Source of the DNA: Acidobacteriota bacterium
Lineage (GTDB): Bacteria > Acidobacteriota > Vicinamibacteria > Vicinamibacterales > UBA8438
Direction: 5' to 3'
Length of the DNA stretch: 64,000 bases
Assembly (NCBI GenBank): GCA_002712885.1
Contig: PAUN01000010.1
Span: 70,783 to 134,782 of the forward strand
A model generated the notes under the pieces. The model ran no database searches. It saw only the letters and a list, made by a program, of their open reading frames with translations, and was not told the DNA's origin. Every line of letters starts with the position of its first letter. Positions within the stretch are counted from its first letter, which is position 1. A program made the translations under genes and the position numbers. Positions 54,988-64,000 of this stretch are shown piece by piece.

Positions 54988-55347
54988 CTAGGCGGCCTTC
55001 TTGGCCGTCCACGTGCCGCCACCGGCCTCGCCATAGTCGCAGGTCCCTTCAATGCTGTCGCCCGTGATCGTCCCTGTGTAGGTGGCGGCTCCGACTCCCT
55101 CGGCGCCGAACGTGAACTCGATCGTGTTGCCGGTCACCGTCCCGGTCAGATCGGCGCTACCGAACGTCCCTTCGTAGGTGCCTGTAATCGCGTCCCCGTC
55201 CTGACTGAAGACGAAGGTGGGTTCGCCAGAACCGAGGTCCAGTTCCACCACCGCATTCCAGGTGCCACTGACGTCGGTCTGGGCTGACACGGTGACCGCA
55301 ACGATCGTGACGAGCACCCCGGCCGCGATAAGCATTCGTTTCAGCAT
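54988..55347 (-). CDS. Small secreted hypothetical protein (internal GT..G repeats)
   Basis: MLKRMLIAAGVLVTIVAVTVSAQT signal peptide. Repeated ..ITGTYEGTFGSADLTGTVTGNTIEFTF.. strands. ATG 55347. Confidence 0.55.
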   Translation of the reverse strand: MLKRMLIAAGVLVTIVAVTVSAQTDVSGTWNAVVELDLGSGEPTFVFSQDGDAITGTYEGTFGSADLTGTVTGNTIEFTFGAEGVGAATYTGTITGDSIEGTCDYGEAGGGTWTAKKAA

Positions 55348-55359
55348 GTGTCTTCCCTC

Positions 55360-55400
55360 CTGGCGGGTCTGAAGACCCGCGGCTACGTATACCGTGTGCG
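55360..55400. repeat. Repeat family 3 copy with hairpin GCGGGTC-tgaa-GACCCGC
   Basis: CTGGCGGGTCTGAAGACCCGCGGCTACGTATACCGTGTGCG aligns with 26671-26712. It lies 24 nt downstream of the glnS stop, so it may act as a terminator hairpin, though there is no U-tract. Confidence 0.5.
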
Positions 55401-55423
55401 CCGTGGCGACCACAGCTCGGGGG

Positions 55424-57160
55424 CTACGTTGCGGGCTGGCCGCTGGCCTGCGCCTTCTCGATCCTCGCCCACGCGTCGCGCAGGGTCACCGTGCGGTTCA
55501 CGACAAGCCGACCCTCGCGTGAATCAGCATCGACGCAAAAATATCCCGTTCGTTCGAATTGATACCGACTCCCGGGCTCGGCCCCGACCAGACTTGGCTC
55601 CACCTGACACCGAGTCAGCGTCTCGAGTGAGCTGGGGTTGAGAGCATCTTTGTAGTCACCGCCCTCGTCCACGTTTTCGGGGTTGAGCTTCGCGAACAGG
55701 TGGTCGTACAACCGGACTTCCGCCTGGACGGCATGGGCGGCCGACACCCAGTGGATCGTGCCACGCACCTTGCGTCCATCTGGGGCATACCCGCCCCGCG
55801 TCTCCGGGTCGTAGGTGCAGCGCAGCTCCACGACCTCCCCGGTTTCCGGGTCTTTCACGGCCTCGCGACAGGTAATGAAATAGGCATAGCGCAACCGCAC
55901 TTCTCGCCCCGGGGCCAGCCGAAAATACTTCCTCGGCGGATCTTCGCGAAAGTCGCTCTGCTCGACATAGAGCTCGCGGGAAAACGGCAATCGCCGAGTC
56001 CCCATCGTCTCGTCCTCCGGGTTGTTCACCGCCTCCAGATGTTCTACCTGACCCTCCGGGTAGTTCTCGATCACCACCTTGATCGGCCGCAGCACACCCA
56101 GTACGCGCGGTACATGCTGGTTCAGATCCTGCCGGACCGAGTCTTCAAGCTGGGCGACCGCGATCCGGCTGTTCGACTTAGCGACGCCGATCCGATCGCA
56201 AAAGTCGCGAATCGCCGCCGGCGTGTAGCCGCGCCGCCGGAGCCCGACCAGCGTTGGCATCCGCGGGTCGTCCCAGCCCGCAACGTGGCCCTCTTCCACC
56301 AGTTCCAGCAACTTGCGCTTGCTGAGCACGGTATAGCTGAGGTTCAGTCGCGCGAACTCGATTTGTTGCGGCTGAGCGGGCACGTCGACATGGTGCAGGA
56401 ACCAGTCGTATAGCGGCCGATGGTCCTCGAACTCGAGCGTGCACAAGGAATATGTGATGCCCTCGAGCGCGTCCGACAGCGGGTGCGTGAAATCGTACAT
56501 CGGATAAATGCACCAGGCATCGCCCGTCCGGTAGTGCGGAACCCGTCGGATCCGGTAGATCGCCGGGTCGCGCATGTTCATGTTCGGCGACGCCATGTCG
56601 ATCTTCGCCCGCAGCGAGCGTGCCCCGTCCTCGAACTCACCGGCCCGCATCCGGGCAAACAGGTCCAGGTTCTCCTCGACCGTGCGGTCACGGTTCGGAC
56701 TGTTCCGCCCCGGTTCATTCCACAACCCGCGATACTCGCTGACCTGACTGCCCCGCAGGTCACACACATACGCGTGACCGGCCCTGATCAGTTGAAGCGC
56801 AAAGTTATGCAACTGGTCGAAGTAGTCGGATGCGTGGACAAAACGGTCCCCCCAATCGAACCCGAGCCAACGTACGTCGTCCTCGATGGCTCGGACATAC
56901 TCGACGCTCTCGGTGGTGGGGTTGGTGTCGTCCATCCGCAAGTTGCACAGCCCGCCGTGCTCGGTGGCCAGACCGAAGTTGAGACACATCGACTTGGCGT
57001 GGCCGATATGGAGGAAACCATTGGGCTCTGGCGGAAACCGGGTGTGTACGCGGCCCTGGTGCTTCCCAGCCTGCCGGTCCTCGGCCACGATCTGCCGTAC
57101 GAAGTCGAGTCCGCTGGTCGCGGAAGTCTCGGTGGCCCCGCCTGTTGCCGTGTCAGTCAT
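55424..57160 (-). CDS. glnS: Glutamine--tRNA ligase
   Basis: Near-colinear with E. coli GlnRS as I recall it: FVRQI..ED...[29 protein letters not shown]....G.CNLR.DDTNP, plus VLSKRKL as the KMSKS motif. Confidence 0.95.
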   Translation of the reverse strand: MTDTATGGATETSATSGLDFVRQIVAEDRQAGKHQGRVHTRFPPEPNGFLHIGHAKSMCLNFGLATEHGGLCNLRMDDTNPTTESVEYVRAIEDDVRWLGFDWGDRFVHASDYFDQLHNFALQLIRAGHAYVCDLRGSQVSEYRGLWNEPGRNSPNRDRTVEENLDLFARMRAGEFEDGARSLRAKIDMASPNMNMRDPAIYRIRRVPHYRTGDAWCIYPMYDFTHPLSDALEGITYSLCTLEFEDHRPLYDWFLHHVDVPAQPQQIEFARLNLSYTVLSKRKLLELVEEGHVAGWDDPRMPTLVGLRRRGYTPAAIRDFCDRIGVAKSNSRIAVAQLEDSVRQDLNQHVPRVLGVLRPIKVVIENYPEGQVEHLEAVNNPEDETMGTRRLPFSRELYVEQSDFREDPPRKYFRLAPGREVRLRYAYFITCREAVKDPETGEVVELRCTYDPETRGGYAPDGRKVRGTIHWVSAAHAVQAEVRLYDHLFAKLNPENVDEGGDYKDALNPSSLETLTRCQVEPSLVGAEPGSRYQFERTGYFCVDADSREGRLVVNRTVTLRDAWARIEKAQASGQPAT

Positions 57161-57171
57161 GTTGTCGTGTC

Positions 57172-58764
57172 CTACGCGCTTCCCGTCTCGCCGACTGCCG
57201 GCAATCGTGCGAGCGCGCGATCGATACGCGCGAGACAGGTGTCTCGGCCGAGAATGGCCAGCCCCTCGAACAGACCGAATCCCACCGCCTTCCCGGTCAC
57301 CGCGACACGAACCGCATGAATGATCTGTCCGATGCCGATGCCCTCGGTGTCGACAAAATCGTGCATCGCCTGGTCGAGGGTCGGCGCATCGAACGGGTCA
57401 ACGTCGGCCAGGCGTCCGCGGAACCGCCGCAGCCGCGTGTCGACGCCCTCCTTGCGCACCCGCTTGGTGAACGCCTTCTCATCGTACGCGACGTCGGCGT
57501 CAGGCTGAAAGAACTCAGGGTAGTCGAGGATGTCACCCGCCACCTTGAGTCGTTCGCCAGCCGCCCGCACCACGTCAGCAACCCGCGCGCGTTGGGGATC
57601 GGTCGGCGGCGAGTCGACCAGCCCGACCCCCTCGACGAACGGAAGGACACGGCCCACCCGCACCTCGACCGACAGCGCTTGCATCCAACGTTCCTGGAAC
57701 GCCAGCAACTTCTGCGGGTCGAAACTGGCCGGGGACCGGTTCACCCGCTCGAGCGAAAAGTGCTCGATCATCTGCTCGCGCGTGAACGTCTCGGTGCGAT
57801 CGTCGAGAGACCATCCCAGAAGCAGCAGATAGTTCACGAGCGCGTCCGGCTCGTAGCCGACGGCTCGATAGAAATCGACGACGACCGGACTGAACGTGTC
57901 CGGTGTCACTACCCGTCCCAACGCTTCGGCAATGGCGGCGCCGTGGTCGTACGTCTTCTTGAACTCGTGGTGTTTCAAGTACTTGCTCAGCTTCCGCTTG
58001 CTGAGCTTCTCGGCGCTTCCGGGCTCGGCCACATAGGGCAAGTGCGCAAAGGCCGGGGTCTCGAACCCCAGGGCCGTCGCGATGAACATCTGACGCGGTG
58101 TGTTCGACAGATGCTCAACCGCGCGGATCACGTGGGTGATCGCGAAGTCGTGATCGTCGACGGCACTGGCCAGGTGGTAGAGACACGACCCGTCGGCTCG
58201 TTGCACGACATGGTCCTGTTCCAGCGCCCACTCGAACTCGACCTCGCCCCGTACGAGGTCGTGGAACGCGCACGTGCCCTCGCGAGGCATTTTGAGTCGC
58301 ACCGCGGCTCTGCGGCCGTCGGACTCGAACGCGGCCGCCTGCGCCTCGGTCTCAGCCATCCAGCGGCGGCTATACAGAAATCGCCGTTTCTCCTGCCGGG
58401 CGGTGTCGCGCTCAGCCTGAATCTCCTCGGCGGTCGCGTAGTCACGATAGGCCGCCCCACTCGCCAGCAACTGTTCTGCCGCGCCACGGTGTCGCTCGGC
58501 GCGTTGCGACTGGTAGTAGGGCGCGTTTGGCCCGTCCACCTCAGGCCCCTCATCCCAGTCCAGGCCGAGCCAACGAAACCCGTCCAGAATCGGCTGGAGC
58601 GCCTCGGACAGGTTCCGTTGCGCGTCCGTGTCGTCGATTCGCAACAGGAACTGCCCGCCATGCTGGCGGGCGAACAGCCAGTTGAACAGCGCGGTGCGAA
58701 CACCACCGATGTGGAGATAGCCGGTCGGACTGGGCGCGAATCGTGTACGAACGGTCATTGGCAC
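57172..58764 (-). CDS. gltX: Glutamate--tRNA ligase
   Basis: [39 protein letters not shown] and KLSKRK. 530 aa. Ends 11 nt before glnS. Confidence 0.95.
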   Translation of the reverse strand: MPMTVRTRFAPSPTGYLHIGGVRTALFNWLFARQHGGQFLLRIDDTDAQRNLSEALQPILDGFRWLGLDWDEGPEVDGPNAPYYQSQRAERHRGAAEQLLASGAAYRDYATAEEIQAERDTARQEKRRFLYSRRWMAETEAQAAAFESDGRRAAVRLKMPREGTCAFHDLVRGEVEFEWALEQDHVVQRADGSCLYHLASAVDDHDFAITHVIRAVEHLSNTPRQMFIATALGFETPAFAHLPYVAEPGSAEKLSKRKLSKYLKHHEFKKTYDHGAAIAEALGRVVTPDTFSPVVVDFYRAVGYEPDALVNYLLLLGWSLDDRTETFTREQMIEHFSLERVNRSPASFDPQKLLAFQERWMQALSVEVRVGRVLPFVEGVGLVDSPPTDPQRARVADVVRAAGERLKVAGDILDYPEFFQPDADVAYDEKAFTKRVRKEGVDTRLRRFRGRLADVDPFDAPTLDQAMHDFVDTEGIGIGQIIHAVRVAVTGKAVGFGLFEGLAILGRDTCLARIDRALARLPAVGETGSA

Positions 58765-58827
58765 TCAACGATTATAATGACCGCCGGCGTGGGGTTCGCG
58801 GCGCGGCCCCGTCTGACATTGGAGAAC

Positions 58828-59541
58828 ATGACCATGCACTGGCTTCTGACGACAGCGCTCCTCGGTACGCTGGCTCAACCGGCCCTCACCCAACTGGAAC
58901 CCGGACTCCGCCAAGCCTCGATCGACGTCGAGGGCGTCGGGACCGTCACTTTCGGCATCTGGGTTCCACGCAACTACGACCCGGATGAACCGCGGCCGTT
59001 GGTACTCGCGCTGCACCCGGGTGGATCGACCGGTGCCGGCTACGGCGCCCAGTTCTTGCGCGGCATCGTCGCGCCGGCTCTGCAGGACTGGGGCGCGATC
59101 ATCGTGTCCCCGGACGCGCCTGGCCGTGGCTGGGACAACGACACCAGCGAGCGCGCCGTCCTGGCGCTCCTGGACGACATCAGGGGCCGCGCCACGATCG
59201 ATCCGGAGCAAATTCTCGTGACCGGTTTCAGCATGGGAGGCCGCGGCACCTGGTACATGGCGTCGCGCCATCCGGACCTGTTCAAGGCGGCGATCCCCAT
59301 GGCGGCTCGTTCCAATAGCGAAGACGCGGGAAAGGTCGGCGGCATGCCGGTCTTCATCATTCACGCGCGGGACGACGAGCTCGTCCCATTCGGGCCCGCG
59401 GAAGCGCTGGCGCAGGAGATGGAAAAACAGGGCCAGAACGTGTCGTTCCTGGCCCTCGACGGCGTCGGCCACTTTCGCATGGGCGTGGCACCGCTCATCG
59501 AGGGTGGCGAGTGGGTCATGCAACAGTGGGGAGAGCAATAG
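58828..59541 (+). CDS. Secreted alpha/beta hydrolase (esterase / dienelactone-hydrolase-like)
   Basis: GGAGA RBS plus ATG 58828. Signal peptide. GFSMGG nucleophile elbow and ..HARDDELVP.. ..GHF. The first 1.68 kb of the track ORF 57145-59541 is antisense to gltX and is rejected. Confidence 0.8.
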   Translation: MTMHWLLTTALLGTLAQPALTQLEPGLRQASIDVEGVGTVTFGIWVPRNYDPDEPRPLVLALHPGGSTGAGYGAQFLRGIVAPALQDWGAIIVSPDAPGRGWDNDTSERAVLALLDDIRGRATIDPEQILVTGFSMGGRGTWYMASRHPDLFKAAIPMAARSNSEDAGKVGGMPVFIIHARDDELVPFGPAEALAQEMEKQGQNVSFLALDGVGHFRMGVAPLIEGGEWVMQQWGEQ

Positions 59542-59544
59542 CGC

Positions 59545-60591
59545 ATGAAGTATCGACGGCTCGCGAATACCGGTATCTATGTCTCGGAGTTGTGTCTCGG
59601 AGCCATGACATTCGGCGGCACCGGCCTGTTCAAAGCGATCGGCACGCTGGGTCAAGAGGAGGCGGATGCTCTCGTGCACCGGTCACTCGATGCCGGCATC
59701 AACTTCTTCGACACAGCCAACGTGTACTCGACCGGTACGTCGGAGGAAATGCTCGGGAAGGCGCTGGGCGCGCGTCGCCGTGACGCGATCGTCGCCACCA
59801 AGGTCCGTGGACGCATGGGGGACGGGCCGAACGAGATCGGCCTGTCACGTGTGCACATCATGCAGCAGTGCGACGACAGCCTGCGACGGCTCGGGACAGA
59901 CTACATCGATCTGTATCAGATTCACGGCCACGACCCGGTCACCGACATCGAGGAGACCCTGGGCGCGCTCGATGCGCTCGTGCGGGCGGGGAAAGTGCGC
60001 TACATCGGGTGCTCGAATCTGTCGGCGTGGCAGTTGATGAAGGCGCTGGGTATCTCTCGACAGCGGGGACTCGCCGAGTTCATCAGCACGCAGTCGTACT
60101 ACTCGATAGCAGGGCGCGAACTCGAACGCGAAATGATTCCGCTGGTTGACGACCAGCAGATCGCGGTCCTGCCGTGGAGCCCGCTCGCCGGTGGGTTTCT
60201 GTCGGGTAAGTTCACCCGGGACGCGGAATCCGATCCCACCGCGCGGCGGGTCGTGTTCGACTTCCCGCCGGTGGACAAAGACCGGGGCTACGACATCATC
60301 GATGTCATGCGAGACGTGGCCACCGCACATGAGGTGTCAGTGGCCCAGATCGCGCTCGCGTGGCTCTTGCACCAAACGGCGGTGACCAGCGTGATCATTG
60401 GCGCCAAGCGACTCGATCAACTCGATGACAACCTGGGTTCGGTGAACATCACACTCACTGACGACGAAGTGGAGCGCCTGACCACGGTCAGTGCACTCCC
60501 CAGTGAATACCCGGGCTGGATGCACGCCATGCAGCACAGCGACCGCGCCCCGGGCACCGCGCGTGACTGGGACGCCTTCACGAAGAAATGA
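59545..60591 (+). CDS. Aldo/keto reductase
   Basis: MKYRRLANTGIYVSELCLGAMTFGG.., ..INFFDTANVYS.G.SEE.LG and ..YIDLYQIHG.D are the AKR family signature. Confidence 0.9.
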   Translation: MKYRRLANTGIYVSELCLGAMTFGGTGLFKAIGTLGQEEADALVHRSLDAGINFFDTANVYSTGTSEEMLGKALGARRRDAIVATKVRGRMGDGPNEIGLSRVHIMQQCDDSLRRLGTDYIDLYQIHGHDPVTDIEETLGALDALVRAGKVRYIGCSNLSAWQLMKALGISRQRGLAEFISTQSYYSIAGRELEREMIPLVDDQQIAVLPWSPLAGGFLSGKFTRDAESDPTARRVVFDFPPVDKDRGYDIIDVMRDVATAHEVSVAQIALAWLLHQTAVTSVIIGAKRLDQLDDNLGSVNITLTDDEVERLTTVSALPSEYPGWMHAMQHSDRAPGTARDWDAFTKK

Positions 60592-60703
60592 CCTGGGTGT
60601 CCGGGCGAGACGTTCGCCTAGCGGCGTTGCTGCGTCGGGCACAGCCTGCCTGGCTGCTCCCTTGCGCCTGGCCAGGCGAACGCCTCGACCGGACACCACC
60701 CAG
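60592..60703 (-). repeat. Repeat family 1, copy E (inverted orientation)
   Basis: The reverse complement aligns with copy D over the full length (..TGGCCAGGCGCAAGGGAGCAGCCAGGCAGGCTGTGCCCGACGCAGCAACGCC..). Terminal inverted repeats are CCTGGGTGTCCGGGCGAGACGTTCGCC / GGCGAACGCCTCGACCGGACACCACCCAG. It starts right after the AKR TGA. Confidence 0.75.
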
Positions 60704-60921
60704 CACCGCTCGACAACCTTGAGTCCGAGTCTCACCAGAGTGACTCTCCTGCCGTGTACTGGACGTCTCGAGCGAATCAATACGTGCTACGCGACGTAGT
60801 ACAAGAGAGGCAACACCGTACGGCGAGCGTCGACTCTCGAACCGTCACGCAGTTTTTGGGACTACAGTAACGATCCGGCTCTGATAGACGTGATGGCAAC
60901 AGCCAGTGAGAAGGAGAAAAC

Positions 60922-61959
60922 ATGGACGACCAATTTCGCGTCGTTGACGTGAGCAAATTCAAGATACCCAAGATCCCGTGGCGCGCCGCCGCGGCGGGCG
61001 TGGCGGCCCTGTTCGTGCTAGTGGGACTGCTCGGCGCCGTCTACCAGATAGAGCCCGAAGAAGTGGGTGTGGTCCTACGATTCGGGAAATACGTTCGCAC
61101 GACAGAACCGGGTCTGCACTTCAAGGTCCCCGTCGTCGAGGAGATGCTGCGGGTCCCGGTCCAGCGACAGCTCAAGCAGGAATTCGGATTCCGGACCACC
61201 GCGGCCGGCGTGCGCACCGAGTACGCCGGCCTAACCGGTCAACTCGGAGAAGAGTCGATAATGCTGACCGGGGACCTCAACGTCGCGGTGGTGGAATGGA
61301 TCGTTCAGTATCGCGTGTCGGATCCCTACGAATACCTCTTCCGCGTTCGCAACCTGGAAGACACGTTCCGGGCGATGACCGAAGCGGTGATGCGCGAGAC
61401 GGTCGGTGACCGGACCGTGACGGAAGTCGTGACCGTGGGGCGCCAGGAAGTCGAAGCGGCCGTCAAGGCCCGGCTGCAAGCGATGACCGATCAGTACCAG
61501 ATGGGGATCGCCATCGACCAGGTGGTGCTGCAAGACGTCAATCCACTGGACCCGGTGAAGCCGTCCTGGGACGAGGTCAGCCAGGCGCAGCAGCAGCGCG
61601 ACCGCCTCATCAACGAGGCACTCGCCGAGTACAACGCCGTCATCCCGCGTGCGCGCGGCGAAGCGGAGCAGACGATTCTGCAGGCCGAGGGCTACGCCCT
61701 CGACCGCGTGAACCGCGCTCAGGGCGAAGCCTCACGGTTCTCGGCGGTGGAAGCAGCCTACCGTCTGGCACCAACCGTCACCCGACAAAGGCTCTATCTG
61801 GAAACGATGCAACGAATTCTGCCGGCCGTCGGACGGAAGGTCTTTGTCGCCGATGGTGCGACCGGCGTAGTACCGCTACTCTCGCTTGACAGCGGAGCGC
61901 GAGCCGCGACGACCGCGCTGACCGGCGGGACCCAGCAGACGGCAGGAGGTGGCCAATGA
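60922..61959 (+). CDS. hflK: FtsH protease modulator HflK
   Basis: N-terminal TM, then the SPFH/band-7 domain (VGVVLRFGKY.. LTGDLN.V.V...VQYRV.DP..YLF), then a coiled-coil tail. Confidence 0.9.
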   Translation: MDDQFRVVDVSKFKIPKIPWRAAAAGVAALFVLVGLLGAVYQIEPEEVGVVLRFGKYVRTTEPGLHFKVPVVEEMLRVPVQRQLKQEFGFRTTAAGVRTEYAGLTGQLGEESIMLTGDLNVAVVEWIVQYRVSDPYEYLFRVRNLEDTFRAMTEAVMRETVGDRTVTEVVTVGRQEVEAAVKARLQAMTDQYQMGIAIDQVVLQDVNPLDPVKPSWDEVSQAQQQRDRLINEALAEYNAVIPRARGEAEQTILQAEGYALDRVNRAQGEASRFSAVEAAYRLAPTVTRQRLYLETMQRILPAVGRKVFVADGATGVVPLLSLDSGARAATTALTGGTQQTAGGGQ

Positions 61960-62888
61960 CCCGCAACCAACCACTCGCGATCGTGCTCGGCCTGATCGTC
62001 CTCTTCCTCCTTGGCGGCTCGGTGTACACAGTCAGCGAGGTCGACCAAGCCATCATCACCCAGTTCGGCGAACCGGTGGGCGAGCCGGTCATCGAGCCGG
62101 GGCTGCACTTCAAAATCCCGTTCATCCAGACAGCGAACATGTTCGAGAGGCGGTTCCTGGAATGGGATGGATTCAGGAACCAGGTGCCTACTCGAGACCG
62201 ACGTTTCATTTGGGTCGATACCTACGCGCGCTGGCGCATCACGGACCCGTTGCTGTTCTTCCAAAGACTGCGTGACGAACGGGGGGCACAGTCGCGCCTC
62301 GACGACATCCTGGACGGTGAGACGCGCAACGCCGTCGCCAGACACGATCTGATCGAGATCGTCCGCACCAGCAACCGAGAACCCCTCGACACCGCCACGA
62401 CCGGTCTCGAAGAAGCGGAGGTGCTCGAGCCGATCAGCATTGGCCGCGAGCAAATCACGCAGGAGATCCTCGAGGCGGCGACCGAGGCGGTGGCTGAGCT
62501 GGGCATCGAGCTGCTGGACCTGCAGTTCAAGCGGATCAACTACGTGGCCGAAGTGCAGCAAGACGTGTTCGCTCGCATGATCGCCGAACGGCAGCGAATC
62601 GCGTCAGAGTTCCGTTCCGAGGGACAAGGTGAGTCGGCTCGTATCCAAGGTGAACGAGAGCGCGACCTGGCTCGCATCCAGTCTGAGGCGTTTCGGACGG
62701 CCGAGGAGCTGCGAGGGAGCGCCGATGCCGAAGCCACCTCGGTCTACGCCGAGGCGTATGGCAGCGACGGGGCGTTCTATGCGTTTACGAAATCATTGGA
62801 GACCTACGAAAAGACGATGGATCCCGACACGTTCTTCATCCTGGGGACCGACAGCGAACTGATGCGGTATCTGGAAGGACCGAGGTAG
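61956..62888 (+). CDS. hflC: FtsH protease modulator HflC
   Basis: SPFH domain (VYTVSEVDQAIITQFGEP.., GLHFKIPFIQ). ATGA overlap with hflK. Confidence 0.9.
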   Translation: MTRNQPLAIVLGLIVLFLLGGSVYTVSEVDQAIITQFGEPVGEPVIEPGLHFKIPFIQTANMFERRFLEWDGFRNQVPTRDRRFIWVDTYARWRITDPLLFFQRLRDERGAQSRLDDILDGETRNAVARHDLIEIVRTSNREPLDTATTGLEEAEVLEPISIGREQITQEILEAATEAVAELGIELLDLQFKRINYVAEVQQDVFARMIAERQRIASEFRSEGQGESARIQGERERDLARIQSEAFRTAEELRGSADAEATSVYAEAYGSDGAFYAFTKSLETYEKTMDPDTFFILGTDSELMRYLEGPR

Positions 62889-62945
62889 CCGTTCTGATGG
62901 GTGGGGTCGAGTTCCGGCCCCACCCGCCCTGGGGTTGCATCGAAC

Positions 62946-64000
62946 ATGTCAGAGGCAGACCATACTGTCATGCTCGAACTCACTGTCGTTGTCGGGCTCG
63001 TGGTGCTGACCTCGAGTGTCTGCTCACTATTCGAGGCGGTGCTGTACTCCGTACCGCTGGCGAAAATTGACACGCTCGAGCGGGCCGGACGGCCCAGCGG
63101 CGCCATTCTCCGCAGGTTGCGCTCCCACGTCGACCGACCCATTGCCGCCATCCTGTCCCTGAACACCGTGGCCAACACGGGCGGAGCGGCACTGGCCGGC
63201 GCAACCGCCGCCCGCGTCCTGGATTCGGTGTCGATCGGCTATTTCTCAGCCGCCTTCACGCTGGCGATACTCTTGCTGTCGGAGATCATTCCCAAGACGG
63301 CGGGCGTGGTCTACGCTCGGCGCCTGGCGGGCCCCGTCGCCAGACCGATCGAAATACTGGTCCTCGTCTTCACGCCGGTGATCTGGCTCAGCCGTGGAGT
63401 GACGCGACTGGTCGCGTCGGGTCATCAGGCGGAACGGGTCTCGGACGAGGACCTGCTGCTGATGGTGCGGCAGGGCTTACGGTCCGGCGATCTGAAGCCG
63501 CACGAGGCCGATGTCATCAGCAACGTGCTGGCCCTCGAGGGTAAGACTGCGTCACAGGTCATGACCCCGAGAACGGTGGTGTTTACCCTCCCAACCAGCA
63601 CCAGCCTGGTCGACGCGGCCGCCAACGACCAACTCCTGCAACACAGCCGTGTACCCGTCTACGACGATGACCTCGACGACGTCGTTGGCATCATCCATCG
63701 CCGAGACATCTTGCAGGCCGCCGCCAAGGACGAGTTCGACACCACACTCGATCAACTGATGCGCCCGGTGCACTTCGTGGTCGAGGGCGCCAAGCTGGAC
63801 CAGCTCCTCCGCACCTTCCTGGAGCAACGCCAACACCTGATGGTGGTCACCGACGAGTTCGGCACCGTCAGCGGCATCATCACATTGGAGGACGTGCTGG
63901 AGGAGATTCTCGGACGAGAAATCGTGGACGAGTTCGACCAGGTCGCCGACCTCCGCGCGTTCGCCCGCCAGCAACGCGGCAGCGGTCAAGAAACCGCAGC
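62946..64000 (+). CDS. CNNM/TlyC-family protein (DUF21 membrane domain + CBS pair), 3' end outside the window
   Basis: Not in the ORF track because no stop is reached. My own translation gives MSEADHTVMLELTVVVGLVVLTSSVCSLFEAVLYS..EIIPKT.. (DUF21), then ..VMTPRTVVFTL.. and ..HLMVVTDEFGTVSGIITLEDVLEEILGREIVDEFD (CBS). Start at ATG 62946 or 62970. Confidence 0.8.
   Translation, partial: MSEADHTVMLELTVVVGLVVLTSSVCSLFEAVLYSVPLAKIDTLERAGRPSGAILRRLRSHVDRPIAAILSLNTVANTGGAALAGATAARVLDSVSIGYFSAAFTLAILLLSEIIPKTAGVVYARRLAGPVARPIEILVLVFTPVIWLSRGVTRLVASGHQAERVSDEDLLLMVRQGLRSGDLKPHEADVISNVLALEGKTASQVMTPRTVVFTLPTSTSLVDAAANDQLLQHSRVPVYDDDLDDVVGIIHRRDILQAAAKDEFDTTLDQLMRPVHFVVEGAKLDQLLRTFLEQRQHLMVVTDEFGTVSGIITLEDVLEEILGREIVDEFDQVADLRAFARQQRGSGQETA

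Noticed and set aside
57145-58827. First 1.68 kb of the 798-aa + strand ORF 57145-59541
   Set aside because: It is exactly antisense to the unambiguous gltX gene, has an Arg/Pro/Gly-rich junk composition, and matches no family. Only the last 237 codons (from ATG 58828, with a GGAGA RBS and signal peptide) form a real alpha/beta hydrolase gene. This is a typical high-GC shadow ORF.
1-64000. Search for CRISPR arrays, tRNA/rRNA genes, transposases/integrases, prophage or toxin-antitoxin/defence gene pairs
   Set aside because: I saw no direct-repeat/spacer arrays, no cloverleaf-like or rRNA-like segments, and no ORF with transposase, integrase, nuclease-helicase or small TA-pair characteristics. 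The window looks like core chromosome, with non-autonomous repeats only.

Overview
This is a 64-kb chromosomal segment from a high-GC, diderm bacterium. The gene content suggests an Acidobacteriota-like soil lineage: CarboxypepD_reg-type TonB receptors, bacillithiol genes, DPP III/IV peptidases and TolB-N-like domains. That assignment is inference only.

I call about 55 CDS, densely packed and often translationally coupled through ATGA/GTGA overlaps. Most are housekeeping or transport genes:
- a MatC-like permease next to the malonate transporter genes madLM
- modABC with a divergent HTH-TOBE regulator
- a TonB-receptor locus
- phoD
- a his operon, hisI-G-D-B-H-F-A
- ferritin
- an ECF sigma / RskA-like anti-sigma pair
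- bshB1-bshA plus a large secreted PIG-L protein
- DPP III and DPP IV
- a cytochrome b / disulfide reductase / DoxX cluster
- a TetR-OMF-MFP-RND efflux operon
- a TlpA-like lipoprotein
- gltX-glnS in tandem
- hflKC

I saw no rRNA, tRNA, CRISPR array, transposase, integrase or obvious defence island.

The observations most worth following up are:
1. A His-rich leader peptide plus intrinsic terminator, a classical attenuator, upstream of hisI.
2. TAG serving as the stop codon in about half of the genes.
3. A roughly 100-bp palindromic MITE/REP-like repeat family whose CTAG/CCGTAG ends coincide with stop codons of flanking genes, plus two further small repeat families.
4. An RND adaptor protein with a 380-aa C-terminal extension carrying two tandem TolB-N-like domains.
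5. A decayed pseudopilin pair with clustered homopolymer indels.
6. An uncharacterised membrane redox operon.

Many long antisense ORFs in the track are high-GC artefacts. All coordinates come from reading the sequence and ORF track by eye, and no database search was possible.
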